Source: an uncultured Pseudomonadota bacterium
Lineage (GTDB): Bacteria > Pseudomonadota > Alphaproteobacteria > Rs-D84
DNA: 64,000 nucleotides
NCBI GenBank assembly: GCA_902798205.1
Contig: CADBVV010000003.1
Span: 2,927-66,926 of the forward strand
Direction of reading: 5' to 3'
In this document: positions 18,853-29,123 of the stretch, in pieces
How the letters are laid out: every line of letters starts with the position of its first letter
How positions within the stretch are numbered: position 1 is the stretch's first letter
Position numbers and translations under genes: made by a program
Notes under the pieces: model-generated
Databases searched by the model: none
Told to the model about the DNA's origin: nothing
What the model saw: the letters and a program-made list of their open reading frames with translations, nothing else

Positions 18853-20433
18853 TTACTCTTTTCTGTCGGGATATTTACCATCAATCAGATTTTGGCGAAC
18901 AATATGATGTTTTACCTTTTGTGTACTGGTCATTGGTAAATCTTCTGTTGTCATCGCAAAATGGGTCACCCATTTATAAGATGCAACCTTTTTATTTTGT
19001 TCAGCAATTTCTTTTGCCAACTTATCTATGGTCATATCTTTATCAACACTGAACACACCATAGGCAACTGTTTTATCGCCAACCTTGTGTTCAAATACTG
19101 CGACATTTTTTACACCTGGGATTTCAATGAATAATCCTTCCAATTCGTCAGGATAAACATTTTTACCACTGTCCAAAACAATCACTTGTTTTTTACGTCC
19201 GGCAAAATGTAATTCACCATTTTTATCCATGTACATCATATCGCCTGTGTTAAACCAACCGTCTTGGTCGAAAACTTCGGCATTAACTTCTGGATTATTC
19301 AAATAACCATTGAATACCTGGTGTCCACGAAGCCATAATACACCAACGCCATTTTCATCTTTATCACGAATTTGACATTCATTATTAGATGTTGGTGCAC
19401 CAATTGAATACGCCAATCTTTTATTTGTTGGTTTTGAAATACAGATTGGTCCAACAGTTTCTGTCAAACCATAACCCTGGATAAATGCCATACCCAATGA
19501 TTCATAGAAATTTTCTACTTCTGGTTTTGTTGCAGCACCGCCAGCAATCAATAATTTAGCGCGTCCACCAAAAACACTTAAAATTGGTTCTTGAACTTTG
19601 CGAACGAAAAATTCAAGTCCCATATCTTTCAATGTTTTTTGGTTTCTTAAAATAAATGATGCAACGCGCCATTTACCTTGTTCTTTCATTGTTGTAACAA
19701 TTTTGTTACGGAACAATTCCCAAACACGTGGCACAGCCGGAATAACATGTGGTTGGAATTTTTTGAAATCGTCCAAAATGTATTTCGGATTAACTGTTGG
19801 TTGCAAAACCAATGATGCGCCATAATGGACGGTTGCCAAAATACCAATCGCAAAACCAAAGATGTGATAAAGTGGCAAAAATCCATACATAACATCACCA
19901 GAATGGAAATAATCTGACATATCTTCCAAAGAATTTGCACATTCTGTTAAATTAAAGTGTGTTAATGGCACAACCTTTGGTGTTCCAGTGGAACCAGATG
20001 TAAATGACATTGTCGCAACATCTGTTGATTCAGATGGATAAGGTCTTAAATCATAATCGATTGGACCGTCTTTTTTGGTTATATCATAAAACTTGAATTG
20101 CTTTGTTTTATAAAAGAACGAAGGTTCCGCACAAACAAATTTACACCCAGCAATTTCACACATTTTATCATATTCCAATGGTGTTAAATTTGTGTCCAAC
20201 ATTAATGCTGTTGCCCCCAAATACCATATTGCAAATAAAGTCAGTGGAAATTGTGGCAAGTTATGTGATAACACACCGATAACATCACCATGTTTTACAC
20301 CTGCTTTGTTAAGTGTTGATGCACGCGCACGTACCTGTTCCAAGAATTCGGAATAAGTAACATTTTCACGAACCAAAAATAAATTTTCTGGCCATTGATT
20401 AACTGCATTTTCTAACTTTTGATACATATTCAT
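18853..20433 (-). CDS. AMP-dependent acyl-CoA synthetase/ligase (paralog 1 of 3)
   Basis: AMP-binding motifs SFTSGSTGTPKVV, GYGLTET and GWFNTGD. Start set at MNMYQ (20433) by analogy with the paralogs. Confidence 0.8.
   Translation of the reverse strand: MNMYQKLENAVNQWPENLFLVRENVTYSEFLEQVRARASTLNKAGVKHGDVIGVLSHNLPQFPLTLFAIWYLGATALMLDTNLTPLEYDKMCEIAGCKFVCAEPSFFYKTKQFKFYDITKKDGPIDYDLRPYPSESTDVATMSFTSGSTGTPKVVPLTHFNLTECANSLEDMSDYFHSGDVMYGFLPLYHIFGFAIGILATVHYGASLVLQPTVNPKYILDDFKKFQPHVIPAVPRVWELFRNKIVTTMKEQGKWRVASFILRNQKTLKDMGLEFFVRKVQEPILSVFGGRAKLLIAGGAATKPEVENFYESLGMAFIQGYGLTETVGPICISKPTNKRLAYSIGAPTSNNECQIRDKDENGVGVLWLRGHQVFNGYLNNPEVNAEVFDQDGWFNTGDMMYMDKNGELHFAGRKKQVIVLDSGKNVYPDELEGLFIEIPGVKNVAVFEHKVGDKTVAYGVFSVDKDMTIDKLAKEIAEQNKKVASYKWVTHFAMTTEDLPMTSTQKVKHHIVRQNLIDGKYPDRKE
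19118..19213 (-). repeat. 96-nt tract identical to 20712-20807 (putative gene-conversion tract, copy 1)
   Basis: Read base by base. GGGATTTCAATGAATAATCC...GGCAAAATGTAAT is identical in paralogs 1 and 2, whereas the flanks are diverged. Confidence 0.85.
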
Positions 20434-20446
20434 GTTATACCTACCT

Positions 20447-22027
20447 TTATTCATGTCTCAAAGTATATTTTCCATCGATTAACCATTGACGAACAACATG
20501 GTGTTTAATTTTTTGTGTACTGGTCACAGGAAAATCATCAGTTGTCATTGCAAAGTGTGTCACCCATTTATATGAAGCAACTTTTTTATTTGCATTTGCA
20601 ACAGCGGCCGCTAATTTTTCCATTGTCATATCAGATTCCACGCTGAATACACCGTATGCAACCGTTTTGCCATTTATTTCATGTTCAAATACAGCAACAC
20701 TTTTTACACCCGGGATTTCAATGAATAATCCTTCCAATTCGTCAGGATAAACATTTTTACCACTGTCCAAAACAATCACTTGTTTTTTACGTCCGGCAAA
20801 ATGTAATGCTCCATTTTTATCTTGCCATACCAAATCGCCAGTACAGAACCAACCTTCTTTATCAAAGGCTTCTTTGTTGGCTTCATCATTATTCAAATAT
20901 CCACCAAATATTTGGTTACCTTTGACCCACAGCATACCAATGCCGCTTTCGTCTTGGTTGCGAATTTGGATTTCTGTATCACCCATTGGTGCACCAAACG
21001 CATATGCAACACGTTTTTTCAAAGGTCTTGAACAACAGATTGGTCCAACAGTTTCTGTCATACCATAACCCTGAACAAAAGCCATTCCCAGTTGAGTATA
21101 GAATTTTTCAACTTCTGGTTTTGTTGCGGCACCACCGGCAACCAATAATCTTGCGCGACCACCGAATACAGAGCGAATTTGATTCAATACTTTATCAACC
21201 AATTTTGACAAACCAATTGCACGCAATAATTTTTGGTTGTTCATAACAAATGATACAACACCCCATTTCTTTTTAGCCTTTACACCATCGATAATTTTAT
21301 TACGGAACACTTCCCATAACTTTGGCACCGCAGGTATAACTTGGGGTCTAAATTGTGCAAAATCTGCCATAATCGCATTTGGATTAATTGTAGATTGCAA
21401 CAATATTCCCATACCAAAATGAAGTGGTGCCAAGAAACCAACGGCAAAACCAAACACATGGTAAAGTGGTAAAAATCCATAGAACATTTCGCCAGGTTTT
21501 AACCATTGATTTAAATATTCCAAATTATCAGAACAAGAAACCAAATTAAAGTGTGTTAATGGCACAACCTTTGGTGTTCCTGTTGATCCTGATGTAAAAG
21601 ACAATGTTGCAATATCTTCGTCTTTTAAAGAATACGGTTTCAAAGATTTGTCGGCATCGCCATCTTTTGTTTCTATATCAAAAAATTCAAAATTTTTCGT
21701 TTCATAGAAAAAAGATTTTTCTGCGCATACAAATTTTGCACCTGTTGTTTTTGTCATATTGTCATATTCTTCGGATGTTAAATTTGTATCCAACAACAAA
21801 ACTTTGGCACCCAAATACCATATCGCAAACAAAGTCAATGGAAACTGTGGCAAGTTATGTGATAACACACCAACAACATCACCATGTTTTACACCCAATT
21901 TATGCAAAGTTGTTGCGCGCGCTTTTACTAAATCTAAAAATTCTTTAAAAGTTACATTTTCACGAACCAAAAACACGGTTTCTGGATTTCTTTCTACGTT
22001 TTTTTCTAACAATTGATACATATTCAT
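20447..22027 (-). CDS. AMP-dependent acyl-CoA synthetase/ligase (paralog 2 of 3)
   Basis: SFTSGSTGTPKVV, GYGMTET and GWFCTGD. Collinear with paralogs 1 and 3. Confidence 0.8.
   Translation of the reverse strand: MNMYQLLEKNVERNPETVFLVRENVTFKEFLDLVKARATTLHKLGVKHGDVVGVLSHNLPQFPLTLFAIWYLGAKVLLLDTNLTSEEYDNMTKTTGAKFVCAEKSFFYETKNFEFFDIETKDGDADKSLKPYSLKDEDIATLSFTSGSTGTPKVVPLTHFNLVSCSDNLEYLNQWLKPGEMFYGFLPLYHVFGFAVGFLAPLHFGMGILLQSTINPNAIMADFAQFRPQVIPAVPKLWEVFRNKIIDGVKAKKKWGVVSFVMNNQKLLRAIGLSKLVDKVLNQIRSVFGGRARLLVAGGAATKPEVEKFYTQLGMAFVQGYGMTETVGPICCSRPLKKRVAYAFGAPMGDTEIQIRNQDESGIGMLWVKGNQIFGGYLNNDEANKEAFDKEGWFCTGDLVWQDKNGALHFAGRKKQVIVLDSGKNVYPDELEGLFIEIPGVKSVAVFEHEINGKTVAYGVFSVESDMTMEKLAAAVANANKKVASYKWVTHFAMTTDDFPVTSTQKIKHHVVRQWLIDGKYTLRHE
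20712..20807 (-). repeat. 96-nt tract identical to 19118-19213 (copy 2)
   Basis: See copy 1. A further 10 nt upstream also match after a single mismatch. Confidence 0.85.
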
Positions 22028-22038
22028 AATTTTATTCC

Positions 22039-23631
22039 TTACCTTAATATATTTTCTGTATTATTTGGATATTTGCCATCTATTAAATTCTGACGAACCA
22101 TATGATGCTTTACCTTTTGCGTACTTGTTACAGGTAAATCTTCCGTTGTCATGGCAAAATGGGTCACCCATTTATAAGGTGCAACCTTGCGATTTGCCAG
22201 CGCAATCTGCGCCCCCAATTTAACAAGTGTTGTCCCTTTTTCAACCTGTAATACGGCATAAGTCACTGTTTTATCTTTGATCTTATGTTCAAATACAGCA
22301 ACATTTTTAACACCATCCATTTCCATGAATAATGCTTCCAATTCATCAGGATAAACATTTTTACCAGAATCCAAAACAATTACTTGTTTTTTACGTCCGG
22401 CAAAATGATACTGTTTATATTTATCCAAATAAACAAGGTCACCTGTATTAAACCAACCGTCTTTATCAAAAGATTCATCATTGGCTTCTTTATTATTCAA
22501 ATAACCTTTGAAGATATTTGGGCCACGAACCCACAATGTCCCAATACCTTTTTCATCGGCATCACGAATAGTGCATTCTGAACAACCAATTGGTGTCCCA
22601 AATGCAAACGGAACACGATGTTTTGCTGGACGCGAACAACAGAAAGGCCCAACTGTTTCTGTCATACCATAGCCCTGAACAAAAGTAATACCCAAAGATT
22701 CGTAAAACTTTTCAACCTCTGGCTTTGTAGCAGCGCCACCGGCAATCATCAAATTCACACGACCACCAAAAATATCACGCAAAGGTTTTTGTACTTTCTT
22801 TACAAGTTTTGATAATCCAATCGTGCGCAAAAACTTTTGATGTCTAAGCACGAAAGATACCATCCACCACATATGTTTTTCTTTGGCTCCTTCGATAATC
22901 TTGTTACGAAAAACTTCGTAAAGACGTGGAACCGCCGGAATACAATGTGGTTTATATGTTTTGAAATCTTCCAAAATATTGCGCGGATTAATTGTTGGTT
23001 GCAACAATATTCCCATATGGAAATGCATTGGTGCCAAAATACCCGCCGCAAATCCAAAGATATGATACAATGGTAAGAATCCATACATTATTTCATTTTT
23101 ATGAATCCATTCACCCATATCAGCATAATAATCCGAAGAATTCTTCAAATTACCATGTGTCAAAGGCACAACCTTTGGATTACCAGTCGAACCAGAAGTG
23201 AAAGATAATGTAGCAATATCATTTTCATCAAGTTCTGCCGGTTTTAATTTTGCATCTGCTTTTTCATCAGACGTTTGTATATCAAAGAATTTGAAACCTT
23301 TTGCCTTATAGAAAAAAGATTTTTCTGCACATACAAATTTGCACCCAACCAATTTGGTCATATTATCGTATTCAAATGGTGTTAAATTTGTATCCAACAA
23401 AAGAACCGTTCCACCAAGATACCATATCGCGAAAAGAGTCAAAGGAAATTCTGGGATATTATGCGCCAACAACCCAACAACATCACCAGATTTTACCCCT
23501 GCCTTGTGTAATGTAGTTGCCCGCGCATGAATTAATTTCAAAGCTTCCTTGAATGTGATTTTTTCGCGTACCAGATAGAAAGCATTTGGCGATTCTTTCG
23601 CCACTTGCTTAAACACTTGATACATATTCAT
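22039..23631 (-). CDS. AMP-dependent acyl-CoA synthetase/ligase (paralog 3 of 3)
   Basis: SFTSGSTGNPKVV, GYGMTET and GWFNTGD. Confidence 0.8.
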   Translation of the reverse strand: MNMYQVFKQVAKESPNAFYLVREKITFKEALKLIHARATTLHKAGVKSGDVVGLLAHNIPEFPLTLFAIWYLGGTVLLLDTNLTPFEYDNMTKLVGCKFVCAEKSFFYKAKGFKFFDIQTSDEKADAKLKPAELDENDIATLSFTSGSTGNPKVVPLTHGNLKNSSDYYADMGEWIHKNEIMYGFLPLYHIFGFAAGILAPMHFHMGILLQPTINPRNILEDFKTYKPHCIPAVPRLYEVFRNKIIEGAKEKHMWWMVSFVLRHQKFLRTIGLSKLVKKVQKPLRDIFGGRVNLMIAGGAATKPEVEKFYESLGITFVQGYGMTETVGPFCCSRPAKHRVPFAFGTPIGCSECTIRDADEKGIGTLWVRGPNIFKGYLNNKEANDESFDKDGWFNTGDLVYLDKYKQYHFAGRKKQVIVLDSGKNVYPDELEALFMEMDGVKNVAVFEHKIKDKTVTYAVLQVEKGTTLVKLGAQIALANRKVAPYKWVTHFAMTTEDLPVTSTQKVKHHMVRQNLIDGKYPNNTENILR

Positions 23632-23701
23632 AACATAAAATCCTTGTTGTTTTTATATTGGACATTGTGTATTATAGACTTATAAAAAAAAGATTGCAAT
23701 T

Positions 23702-24475
23702 ATGAAAATACTTACTTTAAATATCAATTCAATTCGCGCACATATTGAAAGTTTTATGGATATTTTGCGTAAAAACGAATATGACACTATATTGGTCCAA
23801 GAATTAAAGGTGGAAAACGCCAATTTCCCATATAATTTATTGGACGAATATGGATACAACATCAAAGTTTTTGGTCAAAAATCATGGAATGGCGTTGCAA
23901 CTTTTTCAAAAAATTCTATTGAAGATGTAACAATGGGCATGCCCACATACCCAGATGTAAATTCACGATTTCTGGAAACCGTGATTGATGGTCGTGTCCG
24001 TTTAATAAATGTTTATATGCCAAATGGCGATTGTATTGAATCACCTAAATTTCCATATAAATTGGAATGGATGCGCGCATTTACACAATATATATCGCAA
24101 TATATCGACAGCGAAGAACCGGTTATAATCGGTGGTGATTACAATGTTTCAATCGAAGATCGTGATATATGGAATCCAAAGAATTACATTGGTTCATCTA
24201 TATCTGCACCGGCGGCACGTGATATTATGCAACAATGGTTGGACATGGGCTGGATCGACGCATGGCGCGAATTACACCCAGACGATATAGATTACACATG
24301 GTACGGATATCGTGGCCGTGATACAGTTGGTAACAACCAGGGTTTGCGCCTGGATTATTTCCTTTGTAATAAAACCGCGGCAAAAATGATTAAAAACTGC
24401 GAAATAGATAAAGAACCCAGATTGGCCGACAAACCAACCGACCATTGCGGTTTAATGTTGGAATTAAAAGATTAA
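23702..24475 (+). CDS. xthA: exodeoxyribonuclease III
   Basis: MKILTLNINSIRA, VQELK and C-terminal SDHCGL-type motif (PTDHCGLMLEL). Confidence 0.9.
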   Translation: MKILTLNINSIRAHIESFMDILRKNEYDTILVQELKVENANFPYNLLDEYGYNIKVFGQKSWNGVATFSKNSIEDVTMGMPTYPDVNSRFLETVIDGRVRLINVYMPNGDCIESPKFPYKLEWMRAFTQYISQYIDSEEPVIIGGDYNVSIEDRDIWNPKNYIGSSISAPAARDIMQQWLDMGWIDAWRELHPDDIDYTWYGYRGRDTVGNNQGLRLDYFLCNKTAAKMIKNCEIDKEPRLADKPTDHCGLMLELKD

Positions 24476-24476
24476 A

Positions 24477-25250
24477 TTATTTTGATTCTGCTATTGCTAT
24501 TTTATCACGTAGTTCTTTTTCATTGGTCTTTATCCAATCAAAAGATTTTTCCATAAAATCATAAATATCTTTACGACCAAGATACATTTTTTTCATAGTA
24601 TCAAATATCAATTCATTATTTATTGTCATATCGTAAAAATATGAATAAGCAATATATTTTGGTTGCTTACCTAAATTCGCAATATCAGTATTATGATTTA
24701 TTGTTTCTACAACAATCTCTGATAATAACCATTTGATACTTGGAAAATCATATTCTGCTGGATTGTCTTTGAAATGTTTATTCCAAAAATAAAACCAAAC
24801 AAAATGTGTTATTTCATGCGTAGCCATTGATACAGCCAATTTTGGATCAAAGTAATGATATATATTAAAACTGTGTGTTTCTATATCCCTGGGGCATATC
24901 GGGTTCAAAGAAACTTCTGCAACCATATCATTCAAAATACCACTGCAATCGTTATCAAAAGCAACACTGTACGCACCATTCAATTTATCCGCTATTTTTT
25001 CCCATTCTGCAATAAACATATTCATAGAATTATCTATGATAGGTTTTCTTTTTTCTGCCTGAATTTTCATTTGATCAGTAATATATTCAAACCGTTTTTC
25101 TTCGGATAAAGATACAGCATATTCATAATTCAAATCAGGATATGCATTGAACAACTGTTTTTGCCACCAAACAGGCGTTTCATCTTTCTGGTGAAACAGA
25201 ATAAAATCTAAATCGCTTTCAAAATTTTTTCGTTGCCAAGTCAGTTTCAT
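24477..25250 (-). CDS. hypothetical protein with HExxH motif (possible metallopeptidase)
   Basis: 257 aa. The only recognisable feature is MATHEITHFVW (HEITH). It follows addB in the same orientation. Confidence 0.45.
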   Translation of the reverse strand: MKLTWQRKNFESDLDFILFHQKDETPVWWQKQLFNAYPDLNYEYAVSLSEEKRFEYITDQMKIQAEKRKPIIDNSMNMFIAEWEKIADKLNGAYSVAFDNDCSGILNDMVAEVSLNPICPRDIETHSFNIYHYFDPKLAVSMATHEITHFVWFYFWNKHFKDNPAEYDFPSIKWLLSEIVVETINHNTDIANLGKQPKYIAYSYFYDMTINNELIFDTMKKMYLGRKDIYDFMEKSFDWIKTNEKELRDKIAIAESK

Positions 25251-25264
25251 TTTTAATTCCCTTT

Positions 25265-27745
25265 TTAATCCCCTACCCGGGCCAGATCATCAAATTCATG
25301 ATATTTTGCGCCGACGCTTTCGCGGTATTCATATTCTGCAACTTTGTCTGTGCTGTATTGCCCGAATAATTCGCGAACCTTTTGCACAGATGTATCTATC
25401 ATTTCTTGTGCAATTTTGTCCTTGTATTCTATCAATTCAGGATTACCATTTTTTAATTGTAAAAATTGTATTATCGGTGTAATTGAAACATCATGCATTT
25501 TCAATGAAAAACCATTGTTTTGCATTATGAATGCTTCCAATGGTAATTGCGGCATTGTGCCATCCAATAATTGTTTTTTTGTTGGGGCTGATCCTGTTTT
25601 TATGTCCATAACCACACCGTCCCATATAATATCTGCACGCGCACGAACATTGCGCCCGGCAATATTCACTGATCCAAGAACCTCTTTATACTTAATTGAT
25701 TTATTCTTAAAAAATTCTTCGACAAATGGTGCGATTTCACAAAATCTTTTATGCCAAAAATAAAATAAAATTGAATTATCTGGCAAGACTTGCTTTGCGC
25801 GCACATCCATTTCGTCTATTAATTTTTGTGCATTAAAATCATGTGCGTTTTCAATTACATCATGAACCAAGATTCCAAAATTACGTGCATCTGGCAAAAC
25901 CCAATAATCATCTTTTTTACGCAATTTCAAAATGTGTTTAACATAAAATGCATACGGGTTATGAATTAACAATTCAATTTCTGTAACATAAACATCACTT
26001 TTATCAATTGGTGGTGTTGGCGGTGAATAATCTAATGGGTGATATGGAACATCGTCCATCGCCCTGACCACTTTTAACATTTCATTATCTGTTCTTATAT
26101 CACCAATTGCAACACGAACGCGTGAAAGAAAACGTGATTCTGTCGTTAATGTTCCGCCAGATTGTTTAGAACGCAACCAATAAACTTCATTTCCGCACGA
26201 TAAATTCATAAAGTCCAAAGACATTAATGACACCTTGCGATTTGGTGATGGCAAACCAATTTCATTTGCAACGTTGCGCGGCAACCAAGCATTTTCATAA
26301 CCAATGGATGGGAACATACCTTCGTTAAGTCCAGTTAATATAACAACATCAGCAGTCTGCATACGTGATTCTATTGTTCCCAAAACACATACTTTGCAAT
26401 CTTCTGTTTTTATTGGACGTATTGATACAGAACTAATTGCATCCGCCATAAAGGCACGCGCATCATGAACATTCAAAATAATATCGTTTGATTGTAAAAT
26501 GTCCGCTGTTTCTTTTATCGCATTCCAAATTGGAACATCGCTTTCATTTTCAATTGTGAAATTCGGTTGAAAATTATAACCATTTTCAGAATCAACAAAT
26601 TCAACCAACATATCAAACAAATTATAATTATGTTGTGCATATAATTTTTCAAATTCTTTTTGATTATTTTCAATCCAATCATCAAATAAATTTAATATCG
26701 CGCGCCCTAAATCAGTCATTGTTCCAGACAAACCAGATGAAAAATCTGCATTTATCCCACAACGTTCCATTTCTGATTTAATACGCTGATTCGCCGCCGC
26801 ATCAGGTGTAATAATTAACACAGATTTATTTTCATTTACCGCACGCTTTGCGATTTGTGTTACGGTTAATGCTTCTTCGCTTTCACGTGCACATTCTATT
26901 AATTTACAATTGTCTAATTTATCTTTGATATGTTGTCCGGTATTACCAAATGCAATATTCATAATATCTATATCACTTTTACCAACATCAATTGTTTGAA
27001 CATCATCAACAGACAAACCCAACTTTTTCAAAAATAAATATTCGCTTTTGTATGGATTCGTATCCAATTCAAAATCTTTTGTTTCGCCAGATATTTTCCC
27101 AGATAAAATTATTTTACCATTTGGCAAACCAGCAATATATTCCATTAAATCAGCAGTTGCCGGCACAGAAGCCGTAGATCCACAAACAATCACACAATCA
27201 TATTTATCCAAATGTTTTTTCCATGCACGAATATCGGCATTTCTTTTTTGTGTTGTTGTTAATCTGTCGTTTGGTAATTGTTTTATAATATCCAAAATGC
27301 GTGCTTTATTTTGAAAATGTGTTGCGTATTTATCATCTATGATATCTGACCAATTAACATCTGTGATTTGCACACCTTCATTTTCCAAATAATCTTGCAA
27401 GCGAATAAAATCTTGTGCCAGGGTCAATGCGGTTGCAATATTTTTTACATTGGCGTCCGCAGACAAAAGACGCGATAAAATAATCACACGTTCACGATTG
27501 GATATAGTATCAATATAAGATTCTTCTTCGTCTTCGGCCCCTTCGCCCAACGGAATTAAATTTGGCAATATAACACTGTGCCCAGATTTATTTACAATAA
27601 ACTTTTCAACACTTCGTATTGCACGACGTGATGGTAAAAAAATCAAAACACGTGAAAAATCATCACTGTATTGTGAAATTTGTCCCCACAGCGCATCCAA
27701 TATACGCCCAGGATTCGAAACATTAAAAATGTTTTTATTTAACAC
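25265..27745 (-). CDS. addB: double-strand break repair protein AddB (alphaproteobacterial type, PD-(D/E)xK nuclease)
   Basis: C-terminal RARADIIWDGVVMDIKTGSAP...PQLPLEAF matches the AddB nuclease motif (RADRID..DYKTG..PQL.LE). No Walker A motif is present. At 826 aa it is short for the family. Confidence 0.65.
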   Translation of the reverse strand: MLNKNIFNVSNPGRILDALWGQISQYSDDFSRVLIFLPSRRAIRSVEKFIVNKSGHSVILPNLIPLGEGAEDEEESYIDTISNRERVIILSRLLSADANVKNIATALTLAQDFIRLQDYLENEGVQITDVNWSDIIDDKYATHFQNKARILDIIKQLPNDRLTTTQKRNADIRAWKKHLDKYDCVIVCGSTASVPATADLMEYIAGLPNGKIILSGKISGETKDFELDTNPYKSEYLFLKKLGLSVDDVQTIDVGKSDIDIMNIAFGNTGQHIKDKLDNCKLIECARESEEALTVTQIAKRAVNENKSVLIITPDAAANQRIKSEMERCGINADFSSGLSGTMTDLGRAILNLFDDWIENNQKEFEKLYAQHNYNLFDMLVEFVDSENGYNFQPNFTIENESDVPIWNAIKETADILQSNDIILNVHDARAFMADAISSVSIRPIKTEDCKVCVLGTIESRMQTADVVILTGLNEGMFPSIGYENAWLPRNVANEIGLPSPNRKVSLMSLDFMNLSCGNEVYWLRSKQSGGTLTTESRFLSRVRVAIGDIRTDNEMLKVVRAMDDVPYHPLDYSPPTPPIDKSDVYVTEIELLIHNPYAFYVKHILKLRKKDDYWVLPDARNFGILVHDVIENAHDFNAQKLIDEMDVRAKQVLPDNSILFYFWHKRFCEIAPFVEEFFKNKSIKYKEVLGSVNIAGRNVRARADIIWDGVVMDIKTGSAPTKKQLLDGTMPQLPLEAFIMQNNGFSLKMHDVSITPIIQFLQLKNGNPELIEYKDKIAQEMIDTSVQKVRELFGQYSTDKVAEYEYRESVGAKYHEFDDLARVGD

Positions 27746-28289
27746 CGATAATATCTCTTAATTCTTCCAAACCAAATTTCTTTTCTGCCGAAGTTTCCAG
27801 AATATTTTCAATCATCGCAGGATGATTTTCATGTGACAATTTAACCTGGTCGCTTTCACGAATTTTTTTATCTTTCTTTGTATAAATAATCTGATAACAA
27901 ATTCCGTTTTTATCACAAAAATCCATTAAATCCAGATCTGAATCTTTTGGTCCAATACGCGAATCAATCAAAAGAAACAATCTGCGTAATTGCGAACGAT
28001 TTAATAAATATTCTTCCAATCTTTCCAGCCATTTCATAGCATCCGCCTTTGACACACGCGCAAAACCATAACCCGGCAAATCAACAATCATAGATTTATC
28101 GTTCATATTAAACAAATTCAAACTTTGTGTACGCCCCGGTGTATTGGAAGTACGCGCCACTTTTTCACCCAACACAGCGTTTATAAGTGATGATTTGCCA
28201 ACATTACTGCGCCCAACAAAAGCATATTCTGCAAATTGTGTATTTGGCAGTGATTTAACAGTTTCAAAGGATCCAACAAATTTAATCAT
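27735..28289 (-). CDS. engB: ribosome biogenesis GTP-binding protein YihA/EngB
   Basis: FVGRSNVGKSSLINAV, DLPGYGFA and TKKDK G-motifs. Confidence 0.9.
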   Translation of the reverse strand: MIKFVGSFETVKSLPNTQFAEYAFVGRSNVGKSSLINAVLGEKVARTSNTPGRTQSLNLFNMNDKSMIVDLPGYGFARVSKADAMKWLERLEEYLLNRSQLRRLFLLIDSRIGPKDSDLDLMDFCDKNGICYQIIYTKKDKKIRESDQVKLSHENHPAMIENILETSAEKKFGLEELRDIIGVK

Positions 28290-29104
28290 TATTTATTCAC
28301 CAATTTTTTATATGCTTCTTTTTTTGATATACCTGCACGCGCCGCTAATTCAGCCGCCGCAGATTTAGTAGAATTTGATACAATATCATTTACGATTTCA
28401 CTTATTTCATCATCAGTCATTTTTTTATCTGGAGCCGGCGCAACAACAATTACAATTTCACCACGCGGTGGTTCAATATTTAATAAATCGGCCGGATATC
28501 CAATAATTGTTTCTTCGTGAATTTTTGTGATTTCACGAACAATTGCAATTTCGCGTTCTGGCATAACAGATGCCAAAGTTTTTATTGTATCCATAACACG
28601 ATTTGGGCTTTCATAATAAATAATTGTATGACGAATTTTATTATCTTCGCGAACTTTCTTTTCATCAAAAAATCCACAGAAAGTAAACCTGTCTGTTGGG
28701 AACCCAGACAACACCAGCGCAGATATTGCCGCTGTTGCCCCTGGAACAACAAATACCGGAACACGTGCAGCGCGCGCCGCACGTATAAGACGAAAACCAG
28801 GATCGCTGACCCCCGGCATACCGGCATCAGACACCGTTGCAATCGCCGCACCATTTAACATTTTTTCAACCAAAGAATCAACGACTTCGCGTTCATTGTG
28901 TTCATGGCACGACACAGATTTAGTTTTAATATCAAAATGGTGCGCCAATTTACCAAAAACACGCGTATCTTCGGCCGCAACCAAATCGACAGATTTTAAA
29001 ACTTCGATTGCGCGTGGCGACATATCTGACAAATTTCCAATTGGCGTTCCAACAATATAAAGGCCTGATTGCATTTTAAATCCTTTTATAGTAGAATGAT
29101 ACAT
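28289..29104 (-). CDS. rsmI: 16S rRNA (cytidine1402-2'-O)-methyltransferase RsmI
   Basis: LYIVGTPIGNLSDMSPRAIEVLKSVDLVAAEDTR. The start may be MQSG at 29074. Confidence 0.9.
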   Translation of the reverse strand: MYHSTIKGFKMQSGLYIVGTPIGNLSDMSPRAIEVLKSVDLVAAEDTRVFGKLAHHFDIKTKSVSCHEHNEREVVDSLVEKMLNGAAIATVSDAGMPGVSDPGFRLIRAARAARVPVFVVPGATAAISALVLSGFPTDRFTFCGFFDEKKVREDNKIRHTIIYYESPNRVMDTIKTLASVMPEREIAIVREITKIHEETIIGYPADLLNIEPPRGEIVIVVAPAPDKKMTDDEISEIVNDIVSNSTKSAAAELAARAGISKKEAYKKLVNK

Positions 29105-29123
29105 ATAAAAAGTAGGTTTTTCA

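Noticed and set aside
25344-25763. 139-aa ORF antisense to addB, plus other 60-120 aa antisense ORFs listed in the track
   Set aside because: They lie inside confidently assigned genes, have no RBS and show biased composition.
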